Source: Candidatus Sungiibacteriota bacterium
GTDB lineage: Bacteria; Patescibacteriota; Minisyncoccia; Sungbacterales; HO2-52-23
Direction: 5' to 3'
Assembly (NCBI GenBank): GCA_016180435.1
Contig: JACPBG010000001.1
Coordinates: forward strand, 283,107 to 347,106
Length of the DNA stretch: 64,000 bases
A program made the position numbers and the translations under genes. The notes under the pieces are model-generated. The model did no database searches, was not told the DNA's origin, and saw only the letters and a list, made by a program, of their open reading frames with translations. Positions 8,906 through 18,486 of the stretch are shown here, piece by piece. How positions within the stretch are numbered: position 1 is the stretch's first letter; each line of letters opens with the position of its first letter.

Positions 8906-9959
8906 TGCGATCTAAAAGACGATTGATTTCTTCGCGCGAAAGCCGCGGGGCCAGACGGGTAGTATAACCCTGGGCGGCAAAAGGACGCGCGCCCTGGTAC
9001 CACTCCTCTTTTTGCGATCGTTCATAATCAGCCAGCGGCGGAATTACAAAAAAGTTGTCGGTCTCAAGAGCTGAAATCGCCTCCTCCGGCGTAACCAGAA
9101 GTTCATGCAATTTTTCTCCGGCACGCATGCCTCCTATGCGGATAGAGACCGATTTTCCCGAACCGTAACGAACAATACATTCCTCCGCCAAATCCTTGAT
9201 AAGGACCGCTGACATTCTGGGCACGAAAATATCCCCGCCGCGCGCCAGAGAAGCGGCCAGCACAATAAAGCCGGCGGCATCGCGGATGGTTGTAAAAAAT
9301 CTGATCATCTCTTCGTGGGTTATCACAATTTCTCCCTTGGCAATCTGCTCTCGAAAAATAGGCAAAACCGAACCGGAACTTCCCAATACATTACCGAGCC
9401 GCACCACCGCAAATATTTTCCGGCCTTTTCCGCGACTCTGATGCGCCGCCAGAACCAAACGTTCGGCCAGAAATTTGGAAGCGCCCATCACGCTGGCCGG
9501 CTGTACGGCTTTATCGGTTGAAATCAGCACAAAATGCGATACCGTGAGAGACGCTTGCGCGACCGAAAGAATATTATGCGTCCCCAGGAGATTTGTCTGA
9601 ATAACTTCAAACGGATTGAATTCTCCCTGCGGCACGTATTTAAACGCAGCCGCATGAAAAACAATATCAATATCCTCGCAAGCGGAGGAGAGCCGCTTCT
9701 CGTCGCGTATATCGCCGATAATTGAGGTTATGGGAGAACTGCCAAAACGATTTTCCAGCGCCGATTGTTTCAAAGGATCACGGCTGAAAATTTTAATAAC
9801 CGCGGGTTTATACTCCAAAAGCTCGCGCACAATTGCGCTGCCGATGGATCCCGTGCCTCCGGTAACCAAGATGCGCTTATTTTTTATGAAATCTCCGGTA
9901 TTCATAGTAGAAAAGATAACATTTTTAAGATAATCGCACAATTCTCCATATTCTCTCAT
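8892..9959 (-). CDS. CapD/PseB-type NDP-sugar 4,6-dehydratase/epimerase (polysaccharide biosynthesis protein)
   Basis: ILVTGGTGSIGSAIVRELL (TGxxGxxG Rossmann), plus DIRDEKRL...DIVFHAAAFKYVPQGEFNPFEVIQTNLLGTHN, a Polysacc_synt_2 pattern. Confidence 0.8.
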   Translation of the reverse strand: MREYGELCDYLKNVIFSTMNTGDFIKNKRILVTGGTGSIGSAIVRELLEYKPAVIKIFSRDPLKQSALENRFGSSPITSIIGDIRDEKRLSSACEDIDIVFHAAAFKYVPQGEFNPFEVIQTNLLGTHNILSVAQASLTVSHFVLISTDKAVQPASVMGASKFLAERLVLAAHQSRGKGRKIFAVVRLGNVLGSSGSVLPIFREQIAKGEIVITHEEMIRFFTTIRDAAGFIVLAASLARGGDIFVPRMSAVLIKDLAEECIVRYGSGKSVSIRIGGMRAGEKLHELLVTPEEAISALETDNFFVIPPLADYERSQKEEWYQGARPFAAQGYTTRLAPRLSREEINRLLDRIDAQ

Positions 9960-10740
9960 ACCAATCTGCGGCCCTTGTTAATTTGGTTTTGAACTCCAAA
10001 AATGACGTGGAGCGGTCAATCTGCAAACGAGGAATAGCATAATGATTTATTTTTGCTCCCGCCAGCCGCTGAATCGTGGTAAAGGCGGCGCGATACCGCG
10101 ATTTTTTTACAAGACCCGCGACAGACGCGTTAAAACTTCCCTTGGGATAGGCAAAAAAATCAACGGTTTTTCCGGTTGCCTTTTCAAGTAAAACGCGGCT
10201 TAGCGCTATTTCGTTTTCCGCCATCTGGGGCGGAAGCCGCGTTAATTTCCTATGCGTCAGGCCATGACTGCCTATAGTTACTAAAGAATCTTGGCTTAAT
10301 TTCTCTATTTCCTCCAAGGTCAAAAGTTGCGAATCGCTACCAAGATCTTTTGTATCAATTTCCCCGCCACAAACAAACAGAATTGCGGGAACATTATATT
10401 TTTGCAAGATTGGTAGGGCATTTTCCGAAAAATCCCGATATCCATCGTCAAAGGTAACAACCACCGCGCGCGGCGGCAATTCCTTTTTTCCGTCAAGAAA
10501 ATCAACAACATCGGAAAGGCAAACCGGATTTGCTTTTACTTTGATATAGCGGATTTGCCGTTCAAATTCTGCCTTAGATACCGCAAAAAACCATCCGCTA
10601 TCGGAAATTGAATGATACATTAAAACTGCGACTGCGGGTCTGCACAAAAACGGCCGGCAAAGCAAATAAACCGCATATAAAAAGAAAAAAATGATTCTAC
10701 GGATGAAATAATGCATGTCAATCAACGAATAACGAATCAA
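9925..10740 (-). CDS. polysaccharide deacetylase (NodB homology domain)
   Basis: VVVTFDDGYRDFSENALPILQKYNVPAILFVCGG. The likely start is MHYF at 10716, which abuts a TACGAAT-family repeat. Confidence 0.75.
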   Translation of the reverse strand: MIRYSLIDMHYFIRRIIFFFLYAVYLLCRPFLCRPAVAVLMYHSISDSGWFFAVSKAEFERQIRYIKVKANPVCLSDVVDFLDGKKELPPRAVVVTFDDGYRDFSENALPILQKYNVPAILFVCGGEIDTKDLGSDSQLLTLEEIEKLSQDSLVTIGSHGLTHRKLTRLPPQMAENEIALSRVLLEKATGKTVDFFAYPKGSFNASVAGLVKKSRYRAAFTTIQRLAGAKINHYAIPRLQIDRSTSFLEFKTKLTRAADWYERIWRIVRLS

Positions 10741-10800
10741 AATCGAATATACGAATTCGTATATTCGTACGAAATTCGATATTCGTTGATAAATTCTTAT
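10741..10800. repeat. TACGAAT-family palindromic copy abutting the deacetylase start
   Basis: Contains the perfect palindrome CGAATATACGAATTCGTATATTCG. Confidence 0.5.
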
Positions 10801-11840
10801 GGCATGGATGAAAGCGCCGATACAATCCTGGCTATGGTTTGCGAAAGATTATGGTTTCGCACCACGATCTCGCGAAGAGCCAAATTCGGCCGGTTTTCAT
10901 CCCCCAGAGTCCTGATACGCTCGGCCAGAAGCGCGGGATTCGGCTCTTCCAAGAAATACTGCGGCGGCAGAATGTTCCGATACGCCTCATTGGAGGTTAT
11001 CACCGTAAGACCCGAGGACATTGCGTCTAAAATTGCCTTATCCAGCGATCCGGTTCCGGAAGTATTCAAAAACATATCATGCTCGCGTAAAATTTCCGGC
11101 AATTCCGCATACGGCCGCGGACCATAAAAAGAAACATAGGAAACGAGCCCTTTTCCCTCAACCATTTTTTTAAGCGATTCAAGATATTCTTTGTCGCGCG
11201 CAAGCATGGGCCCGCCCACAATAGAAAGCGACCAGGGCCTCGGCCATTTTTCTTTAAGCATGGCGCAGGCGCCGATAATTGCCTCATAATTTTTCACCGG
11301 AGCGATCCTGCCTACGGTGATCAAACGAAGCCCCTGGCGATTAGAACCGATAAAATTTGCCAAAGGCGCAAAAAAATCAGTGCGGATGGCTTGGCCCACA
11401 TAAAGCACTTTTTTGGACGGCAGACGAAATCCTTCGGCGGACGAAGTAAAAATATAATCCACCATCCGCTCGGCAAATTTCAAGCGCGTAGTAACGGATT
11501 TATGCGCGTACCAGAGTCCGCTGGGACGGCGCAACGACAAAATAAACGGAGAGGCGGCCAGCACAAATTCCGGAATCTGATGAAAAAATACCGCATCGGA
11601 CCGGGCATAATGATATGAGAAAATCTCCCAGAATTTCCAGATGCGCATCATGCGTCCCCGGCCCTCATCTTTGCCAAAAGTAAAAACCTCTACTCCGGCG
11701 GGTGGAGAAGACCCGCCGCGCACTGCCGCAATCACAGTAACCGAACTGCAATGTTTTTTGAATTCTTCAAACCAATAGTAAAACGGTCCGAGATTTTCGT
11801 CATTTTTATCTACTTTTTGAGTAACAATCAACAACCGCAT
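10797..11840 (-). CDS. glycosyltransferase family 4
   Basis: GT-B fold with C-terminal GSLDKAILDAMSSGLTVITSN. Confidence 0.75.
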   Translation of the reverse strand: MRLLIVTQKVDKNDENLGPFYYWFEEFKKHCSSVTVIAAVRGGSSPPAGVEVFTFGKDEGRGRMMRIWKFWEIFSYHYARSDAVFFHQIPEFVLAASPFILSLRRPSGLWYAHKSVTTRLKFAERMVDYIFTSSAEGFRLPSKKVLYVGQAIRTDFFAPLANFIGSNRQGLRLITVGRIAPVKNYEAIIGACAMLKEKWPRPWSLSIVGGPMLARDKEYLESLKKMVEGKGLVSYVSFYGPRPYAELPEILREHDMFLNTSGTGSLDKAILDAMSSGLTVITSNEAYRNILPPQYFLEEPNPALLAERIRTLGDENRPNLALREIVVRNHNLSQTIARIVSALSSMP

Positions 11841-11843
11841 AAT

Positions 11844-13214
11844 TTATGAATCCAATTTATCGAATTTTTTAATAAGTATCCGCGAATATATCGCCCTTGC
11901 GCCAATTGCGGCATATACCGCATAAAATAGCAGAATGGGAAGGCGCAGGCGCGCATTTATCGCATATCCGGTGGTTAAACTTGCGGCCAAAAAATAACCG
12001 ATCAAGACAAAAATCAACAAATCGCGCCGGCGATTCCCTTTATCTCGCAACGACAACCAAACGCCGCCTAAGAAAAATAACATAACCATGATCCAAAACA
12101 TGCGTCCGGCAATAAAAATAAAAAAGAGCGGGTCGCGCAAAAATAGACCGGGAATCGTAGCCAACGAACGCCTAAGTTCAAGAATGGAAATAGGCGGACC
12201 GCCGGCTCCCCTATAAAATCCAAGATGCACCGCCAGGTCATAATATGCGTCATGGGTAAAAAATTGCCAGGCAGTCAGCGCATTCAGTTCCAAAAACGCG
12301 GGCAGGTGCGCAAATATTATTTTTTTTGCTTCCTTGCGGAAAAAATCCGGAAGCGCCGGGTCTCTTGAATCCAATCCGGCATCGTCGATCTTAACCATTA
12401 ACTTTTCTTGCTCAAGATCAAGCGTTGTGCCGTTGGCCATGGCCAGCGTTCCGCCGGCGTAATTGAAATAAAGATTTTTGGCATCAACATAGGTTAACCG
12501 CATAAATCCAAATTGATTATAATTTCTCCAGAGCCAGGGAAATACAGCCGCCGCTCCCACTGCGATAAATATTACCGCCCCGGCCAACCTCTGCCTTAAT
12601 TTTTTCTTTCCCCAAAATAGCAAAAACAAGGCGAAAATTGGCACAAGGTATAAACCGATTGGCCGCACCAAAGATACGATACCGATTAAAAACCCAGCTA
12701 CCGCCGGCGCCCAACGATAACCCTCATCTTTTAGATATGGAATAATAATCAACAGAAAACATAACAGCAGGGAAATAAAAATAATTTCGGTCAGCAAGAA
12801 TACGCTATGTGCGGCAAAAAACGGTTCTACCGCAAGGAAAATTCCCGCAATTCGCGAAACCGGCTCGGAAAAATCCAATTCTTTCAAAATTTTATATCCG
12901 AGAATCGGGATAACCGCCCCCAGCATAATCTGAATGAAAATTATCGGATAAAAACTGCCGCTAAACGCATAAGAAACCGCAAGAAACATAGGATATCCGG
13001 GCGTACGGTTGCCGTTTGGCAAAAACGGCGGCTCTTTTTCCCAACTAAATCCGTTTCCGGCGACTAGATTTTTAGCAAGAATCGTATAACCCCCCGCATC
13101 GCCATAATTTAAATAAAATTCGGGGCCGCTTTTTATATGCCCCGCAATAAAAATTAAAATCCGCACTGCGCATCCTGCAAAAAATAAAACAAAAAGGAAA
13201 TTTTTAACACTCAT
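11844..13214 (-). CDS. polytopic membrane protein, GT-C (ArnT/PMT-like) glycosyltransferase candidate
   Basis: 456 aa with about 11 TM helices. The N-terminal region reads YGDAGGY...GNRTPGYPMFL, and there is a DEG-containing first loop, as in polyprenyl-phosphate-sugar-dependent GT-C enzymes. Confidence 0.45.
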   Translation of the reverse strand: MSVKNFLFVLFFAGCAVRILIFIAGHIKSGPEFYLNYGDAGGYTILAKNLVAGNGFSWEKEPPFLPNGNRTPGYPMFLAVSYAFSGSFYPIIFIQIMLGAVIPILGYKILKELDFSEPVSRIAGIFLAVEPFFAAHSVFLLTEIIFISLLLCFLLIIIPYLKDEGYRWAPAVAGFLIGIVSLVRPIGLYLVPIFALFLLFWGKKKLRQRLAGAVIFIAVGAAAVFPWLWRNYNQFGFMRLTYVDAKNLYFNYAGGTLAMANGTTLDLEQEKLMVKIDDAGLDSRDPALPDFFRKEAKKIIFAHLPAFLELNALTAWQFFTHDAYYDLAVHLGFYRGAGGPPISILELRRSLATIPGLFLRDPLFFIFIAGRMFWIMVMLFFLGGVWLSLRDKGNRRRDLLIFVLIGYFLAASLTTGYAINARLRLPILLFYAVYAAIGARAIYSRILIKKFDKLDS

Positions 13215-14331
13215 ACAGGGCGTCTCTATACAAATTAAAGTAATCGGATTTGCTTTGGGCGCTTAATCCCTCGGCGGTTTTTCTGGCCGCGCTGGCCAAG
13301 CGCATTCGTTCAGCCCTATTTTTGTATAAACCGATTATGGCGCGCAAAAACGCATTTTTATCTCCAACCGGCGCCACCCTGCCATTTTCACCGTTTTTTA
13401 CGACTTCTCCGGCCAGCCCGACATCGGTCATAACCACCGCTAGTCCCGCGGCCATGGCTTCAATGGCCGTCCGGCCCCAACCTTCATAATTTGAAGGCAT
13501 AACGCAAAGATCAAATGATTTTAAAAAAGACGGCAAATCATTACGCCATGGCTCTATTATAATGTTTCTATCCAAAAGTTTGTAGTTTGTAGCTTGTAGT
13601 TTGTAGCGATCCCTATCCGGACCATCGCCTACAATAACCAATAATGCGCGGGGGCATATTTTTATGAAATCCCGCATGATTTCAATCAGCATGGAAAAAT
13701 TCTTTTCTTTGTCCACAAACCGCCCCACGGCAATCATTTTAAAATCATATTCTCTAAAACGTTCATCTATTTCTGAATTTCGTTCTGCACTAAGAAATTT
13801 AGAAACATCCGTAAAAATAGGCAATACCGCGATCCTTGAATCATGAATCATAAATCTTGAATCAAGAATTGATTTTCTGATCCGCTCCGATACCACCCGA
13901 ATGCAGTCCGCCCGGGGTATTAAAAATTTTGCCAATCCGTATCGCATCCATTCTTTCCAGGATGCGCGGCGATACCAAGGGCTCATAATATCCGTATGAA
14001 TTTGCAGGCGAAACGGCTTTCCGGTTAAATACGAAATAAACCAAGCCGCAAAACCGGATTCAGCCGGATCCTGCGCGTCAATGATGTCAATTTTTTGCTC
14101 ACGCGCGATTTTTTTTCCAAGCAATATCGCGCCCAGAGGCCACCCTAATTTATATCTGAAATTTATGGGCCAAAGATACAGTTTTCCTACATTAAAAGGA
14201 GCAACCCGGCGCAAGGTTTTACTGATAATATGATAAGAATCAAAGAAATCGGCATAAGCGCAAACCCGCATATGCGTCTCGGAATTTTTATCAAAAATCT
14301 GGGGGTCGTTTCCAATAACCAGTACCTTCAT
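13204..14331 (-). CDS. glycosyltransferase family 4
   Basis: GT-B fold with EGWGRTAIEAMAAGLAVVMTD (EX7E). Confidence 0.8.
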   Translation of the reverse strand: MKVLVIGNDPQIFDKNSETHMRVCAYADFFDSYHIISKTLRRVAPFNVGKLYLWPINFRYKLGWPLGAILLGKKIAREQKIDIIDAQDPAESGFAAWFISYLTGKPFRLQIHTDIMSPWYRRASWKEWMRYGLAKFLIPRADCIRVVSERIRKSILDSRFMIHDSRIAVLPIFTDVSKFLSAERNSEIDERFREYDFKMIAVGRFVDKEKNFSMLIEIMRDFIKICPRALLVIVGDGPDRDRYKLQATNYKLLDRNIIIEPWRNDLPSFLKSFDLCVMPSNYEGWGRTAIEAMAAGLAVVMTDVGLAGEVVKNGENGRVAPVGDKNAFLRAIIGLYKNRAERMRLASAARKTAEGLSAQSKSDYFNLYRDALYEC

Positions 14332-14340
14332 AAATGATAA

Positions 14341-14796
14341 TCAAATCTCTTTATTCTCGCTTCTTTTTAAGTAGTTACCAAGGAGCCAGGAACTTGATTG
14401 TATTTTCCCGCCCGCGCCAACATTAAACTCCATCCGGCAATTTATTTTCCGGCAGACCGAAACTTCCGGAATATTATCTTGGGTCCTATCCCCGCCATTG
14501 GAAAAAATATGCGGACGGATTTTTTCAAGTTCCGAACAGACGCTCATATCGGCTGGATCGGGCGGATGAGAAGTTAAAACAACCTCGTCCACATCGCCAA
14601 GCGCCTCAATTATTTCTTTTCGTTCCTCCTCGGACATGAAAATCCGGCCTTTTTTCTTACGCAGCCAATTATCATTATTTAAAATTACGATTAATCTGTC
14701 GCCAAGTTTTTTCGCCTCTTTAAACAATCGGATGTGCCCGGCATGCACCGGGTCAAATCCGCCGCTGACCGCGACTATAATTTTATTATTTTCCAT
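14341..14796 (-). CDS. HIGH-motif nucleotidyltransferase, RfaE domain II-like sugar-phosphate adenylyl/cytidylyltransferase
   Basis: VSGGFDPVHAGHIRLFKEAKKLGDRLIVILNNDNWLRKKKG...GDVDEVVL...NGGD parallels the ADP-heptose synthase adenylyltransferase domain. Confidence 0.6.
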   Translation of the reverse strand: MENNKIIVAVSGGFDPVHAGHIRLFKEAKKLGDRLIVILNNDNWLRKKKGRIFMSEEERKEIIEALGDVDEVVLTSHPPDPADMSVCSELEKIRPHIFSNGGDRTQDNIPEVSVCRKINCRMEFNVGAGGKIQSSSWLLGNYLKRSENKEI

Positions 14797-14841
14797 ATTA
14801 TTTTAAGGATTTATTAAATAAAGGAAATAAAGGTGTCACCT

Positions 14842-17046
14842 TTATTTAGCAATTTTCTTAAACAAATCAATCCATTCCTGCGCGGCATCTTCCCAGGAAT
14901 GAACAATATGCGTCTTTCTCAACTTTTCTCTTTGCGCCGCCCTATTTCTTTCATCCATCAGCCATTTCAATTTCCGAACGAGTTCGTCATCATTTAACGA
15001 ATCAACCCAAAATGAACTATCCGCAATATATTCAGTATAACCGGAATTTTTAGTAAAAAGAAACGGGGTGCCGCCCGAATATGCTTCGGCAATGACATTG
15101 GGCCCCACATCGGAAAACGACGGCAGGACGAGAAACGAAACTCCGGACATTTCTTGCAGAAGGTCATCGTGGCGCGCCGGCGGCGCAAAAGTAATGCCCA
15201 TAAAGCCCTTTTCTTTCACAAATTTTTCAACCCGGGTTTTCTCCGGTCCGTCTCCTATCAATTTAAGTTCATATCCACCCGCATTTGCGGCAGAAAACGC
15301 GCGGATGAGGCGATACAAATTTTTAAGGTAAAGCATTCTGCCGACCCATAGAATAACTTTGGTTACTGGTAACTGGTTACTGGTAACTGCTTGAGATGGC
15401 CAAACATTGCGGATAATAACGGTCTTTTGGCGATCAATTCCAAACGCCTGAATGATCATTTCACGGCGCCACTTAGATGAAAACACCAAGCGATCCGCGC
15501 GGCGCATAACCCAGCCGATCGTGGCGCGTATAATGCGCTCTTTATGGGTGAGTGCCTGAAAATTTGCATAAAAATCCGGCAGCGTTACCTCGCGTTGCGT
15601 TCGTTCCACAAAACTTTCCCATAAAAAATCACCCTCCACCCGCAACACGAATGGGATTCTGAATAATACGGACGCAAGCGCCGCGGGGAAACCTGCGCTA
15701 AATGAATCCAGACCCATAATTATATCGGCAAAAAAACATTTCCGGGCGAATTTTAAAAAATAGACAAAATGGCGCACCAGCGTCGGGAGAGATAAAACAT
15801 CCCCGAAAGAGACCACGGAAACGCGCATACCGGATGCGCGAAATTTATCTCCAAAATTTTTGGCATAAAGCGCCGGGCCACCCAACTGTGGCGGGTATAA
15901 AGGAGTAGCTATAAGAATGTTCAACACCCGGTGTTGAACAAAGCGAGAAAAGATTTCCCCGTAAGATGCCGCTATTTTATCCCACGAAAAGCTTTCCTCC
16001 ACCATTTTTCTGCCCCCCTCAATGGTCTGTTTGGCATCTTCGGGATGGCGCAAAACATATATGATCTTTTGGGCAAGATCATCGGCATCGTCCGGTTTTG
16101 CGAAAAAACCTGTTTTTCCGTCCTCAATAATGTCCGTAATACCGCCGACCGGAGTACCGATAATCGGGAGACCGGCGGCAAGCGCCTCTACAAACGAATT
16201 ACCCATGCCCTCGGAGCGGGAAGGACGGACGAAAACATCGGCTCCATGCAGATACTTTGAAATTTCGTCATGAGGAACACTGCCGAAAAACTTTACGTTA
16301 GTTTCAAGACGGTTACTGGTTACTAATAACTGGTAACTAGTTCTCTCGGGGCCGTCGCCAATAATATGGCATTGAATATCCGGAATTTCTTTTTTCACCT
16401 CGGCTACAGCCTTTATTAGCGTATCTATGCCATTTTTATACACCAGCCGAGACGTGGTTATTATGATTTTTTGTTTTAGATTCTTTTGAAAATTAGAAAT
16501 TGGAGATTGGAAATTTTTAACATCTACGCCATTGTGTATCACTTCACCCGGTTCGTTGTAGCCGTAGCGCCGCGCCAAATTCAAAAGATAACTGGAAATT
16601 GCAGTAACGTAATCAGCCCGGCCTAGAATAAAACGAAACATAAGAGATATTATACCAAACCGGCCATGGGATAAACGCTCCTCACTCTCGCCGAATTGAA
16701 TGTTCAATATAAAAGGAACGGAGGGATGTAATAGTTTATATATGGCAGCGGCAATTGACCCATGCGAAATATCCACTCCAATTACTATAGAGGCTAAGCC
16801 TCTATAGTAAAATTGGGCTAAAATAAGCCAATATTTATCAAGGGGGGTCCCGATACCGAATCGCACAATAGTGCCTTCGGGGCGGATCTCTTTTTTAGGA
16901 AGCTCGCGGCGAAAACGCGAAGTAAAGATTAAAAAATCAAAACGGTTTGATAACCGCTTGGCAACTTCCGAAATAGCGATTTCCGCGCCTCCGATAAACG
17001 GATGATAAGCGGTGGAAAAAACAATAATTTTAGGTTTTATGAACAA
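14842..17046 (-). CDS. two-module glycosyltransferase (double GT4 fusion)
   Basis: 734 aa with two consecutive GT-B units (…RPSRSEGMGNSFVEALAAGLPIIGT… and …LPSFSDVGPNVIAEAYSGGTPFLFT…). It contains three in-frame short repeat insertions. Confidence 0.75.
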   Translation of the reverse strand: MFIKPKIIVFSTAYHPFIGGAEIAISEVAKRLSNRFDFLIFTSRFRRELPKKEIRPEGTIVRFGIGTPLDKYWLILAQFYYRGLASIVIGVDISHGSIAAAIYKLLHPSVPFILNIQFGESEERLSHGRFGIISLMFRFILGRADYVTAISSYLLNLARRYGYNEPGEVIHNGVDVKNFQSPISNFQKNLKQKIIITTSRLVYKNGIDTLIKAVAEVKKEIPDIQCHIIGDGPERTSYQLLVTSNRLETNVKFFGSVPHDEISKYLHGADVFVRPSRSEGMGNSFVEALAAGLPIIGTPVGGITDIIEDGKTGFFAKPDDADDLAQKIIYVLRHPEDAKQTIEGGRKMVEESFSWDKIAASYGEIFSRFVQHRVLNILIATPLYPPQLGGPALYAKNFGDKFRASGMRVSVVSFGDVLSLPTLVRHFVYFLKFARKCFFADIIMGLDSFSAGFPAALASVLFRIPFVLRVEGDFLWESFVERTQREVTLPDFYANFQALTHKERIIRATIGWVMRRADRLVFSSKWRREMIIQAFGIDRQKTVIIRNVWPSQAVTSNQLPVTKVILWVGRMLYLKNLYRLIRAFSAANAGGYELKLIGDGPEKTRVEKFVKEKGFMGITFAPPARHDDLLQEMSGVSFLVLPSFSDVGPNVIAEAYSGGTPFLFTKNSGYTEYIADSSFWVDSLNDDELVRKLKWLMDERNRAAQREKLRKTHIVHSWEDAAQEWIDLFKKIAK
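16785..16807. repeat. 23-nt CTATAGAGGCTAAGCCTCTATAG palindrome inside the double-GT4 CDS (in frame, encodes YYRGLASIV)
   Basis: Exact copy of the intergenic palindrome. Confidence 0.6.
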
Positions 17047-17082
17047 GTAGATGACGACTTTAAAACTACCTTCACTGACTTT

Positions 17083-18381
17083 TTAACTTCGGCGTCTGAC
17101 AAAAATAAATCCTGCGGCAGCCGCCAAACCGAGGAACACCGCAGCAGCCAAAAAAATGGAAGGAGAAAACCCGGTATGCTTTGAAACTGTAGCTGTTTCA
17201 GAAATATTTTTTGGAGCAGGCGGTCTTGCCGAAAATTCTTCGCTCTTCACATTTTTACCCGCCCCAGACGCGTTTTCTACTTTTTGAGAAATCACGGGGG
17301 ACGGCAATAACGCCAATGTTTTGTCCGTGGCCGCCCGCAGTTCATTGCCCGCCTCTATTTTCGCTTTCTCCTCCCAACTAAACGCCAGCGATAAATTAGG
17401 ATAACGCATGCGCAACAGGGCCGGTCCCTTAAAAAGAATTCCGGTAATGCTATTGGCAAATGCGGTCTCGGATTTAGAATTAATAACGGTCCGTGGCGGA
17501 ATAATAAAGCTTTGGCCGGCCGCATCCTCCAAAATCCAGCCTCCGACATCCACCGCAACCGACCCTTCGTTTTTCAATACCGCAAATCCCGCCTCTCCCA
17601 TTAAAACGCGCGATACCGAAAATTGGTTTGGAATAACTTCTATAGCCGCATAGTCGGACGCGGAGTATTCGCCGGATGAGACATGCAAGCCCATGGTATA
17701 GCGCCCGGGAATAAGAAATGAATAATTAATCGTTTTTCCTTCTTTGGTCTCCCCATTGCCGAAATTCCACCAAAATCGGGCGTTGGTTAATGGTTCTCCG
17801 TTCACGCCTTTAGCGCTTCCGGAAAACTCCATATTGGCTCCCGCCACAACCGTCCGGTCTTCTCCGGCATATGCCTGAATTTTTTTATCCGATGCGAAAT
17901 TCGCTTCTCCGCCGGAAACAGAAGAGGTTAACGGCATAACCGGTGACGGATTTTCTCCCGACGAATCCGCAGACGGATCATTTGAATCGGATATAGTTAT
18001 GGGCTGGCTTGCGGACCATGATTTTCCCGAATCGCGCCCGGTGGCTTTAACCGTGATATTATAAATTCCCGCACGCGAATCGCGATAATAAAAAGTGCGG
18101 TTTGCCGTGTTTTTAGCCATAACCGCACTTACCGGATTGCCGCTTGAATTCAAAAATTCTCCGGATGAAGAAGTTGATAAAAATTCCAGGTCAATGGTTT
18201 CTTCGGTTTTTATTTCAAAACCCGCGGCATCCTGCGCCTGAATTTTTATCTCATCGGAAATCGCGCCCGGTTGCACCAGGCGCGATTCGGTAATAAAAAC
18301 AAAACGCGCAATGGATGAGGCGGCGGATATTTCGGCAAACGGAAAAAATGCCAGGAATAAAATTAAAATGACCCGCTGCAT
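17083..18381 (-). CDS. secreted surface protein with a PKD domain and a lamin-tail domain (LTD) and a C-terminal membrane anchor
   Basis: N-terminal signal peptide; FWWNFGNGETKEGKTINYSF (PKD); GWILEDAAGQSFIIPPRTVI (LTD-like); C-terminal hydrophobic stretch followed by RRRS. Confidence 0.55.
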   Translation of the reverse strand: MQRVILILFLAFFPFAEISAASSIARFVFITESRLVQPGAISDEIKIQAQDAAGFEIKTEETIDLEFLSTSSSGEFLNSSGNPVSAVMAKNTANRTFYYRDSRAGIYNITVKATGRDSGKSWSASQPITISDSNDPSADSSGENPSPVMPLTSSVSGGEANFASDKKIQAYAGEDRTVVAGANMEFSGSAKGVNGEPLTNARFWWNFGNGETKEGKTINYSFLIPGRYTMGLHVSSGEYSASDYAAIEVIPNQFSVSRVLMGEAGFAVLKNEGSVAVDVGGWILEDAAGQSFIIPPRTVINSKSETAFANSITGILFKGPALLRMRYPNLSLAFSWEEKAKIEAGNELRAATDKTLALLPSPVISQKVENASGAGKNVKSEEFSARPPAPKNISETATVSKHTGFSPSIFLAAAVFLGLAAAAGFIFVRRRS

Positions 18382-18439
18382 GGGGTTAAAGTAGCAAAAG
18401 GACGTGAAACAGTCAACCCCGTTAGAGATACGGAAATCG

Positions 18440-18486
18440 CTATAGAGGCTAAGCCTCTATAGTAAACTATTGAGGTTTAACCTCAA
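18440..18486. repeat. 23-nt palindrome CTATAGAGGCTAAGCCTCTATAG plus adjacent 17-nt palindrome TTGAGGTTTAACCTCAA
   Basis: Perfect palindromes. The same 23-mer, or close variants, recur at 16785-16807, 20418-20481 (two copies), 40183-40205, 50541-50563 and 51295-51317. Confidence 0.7.
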
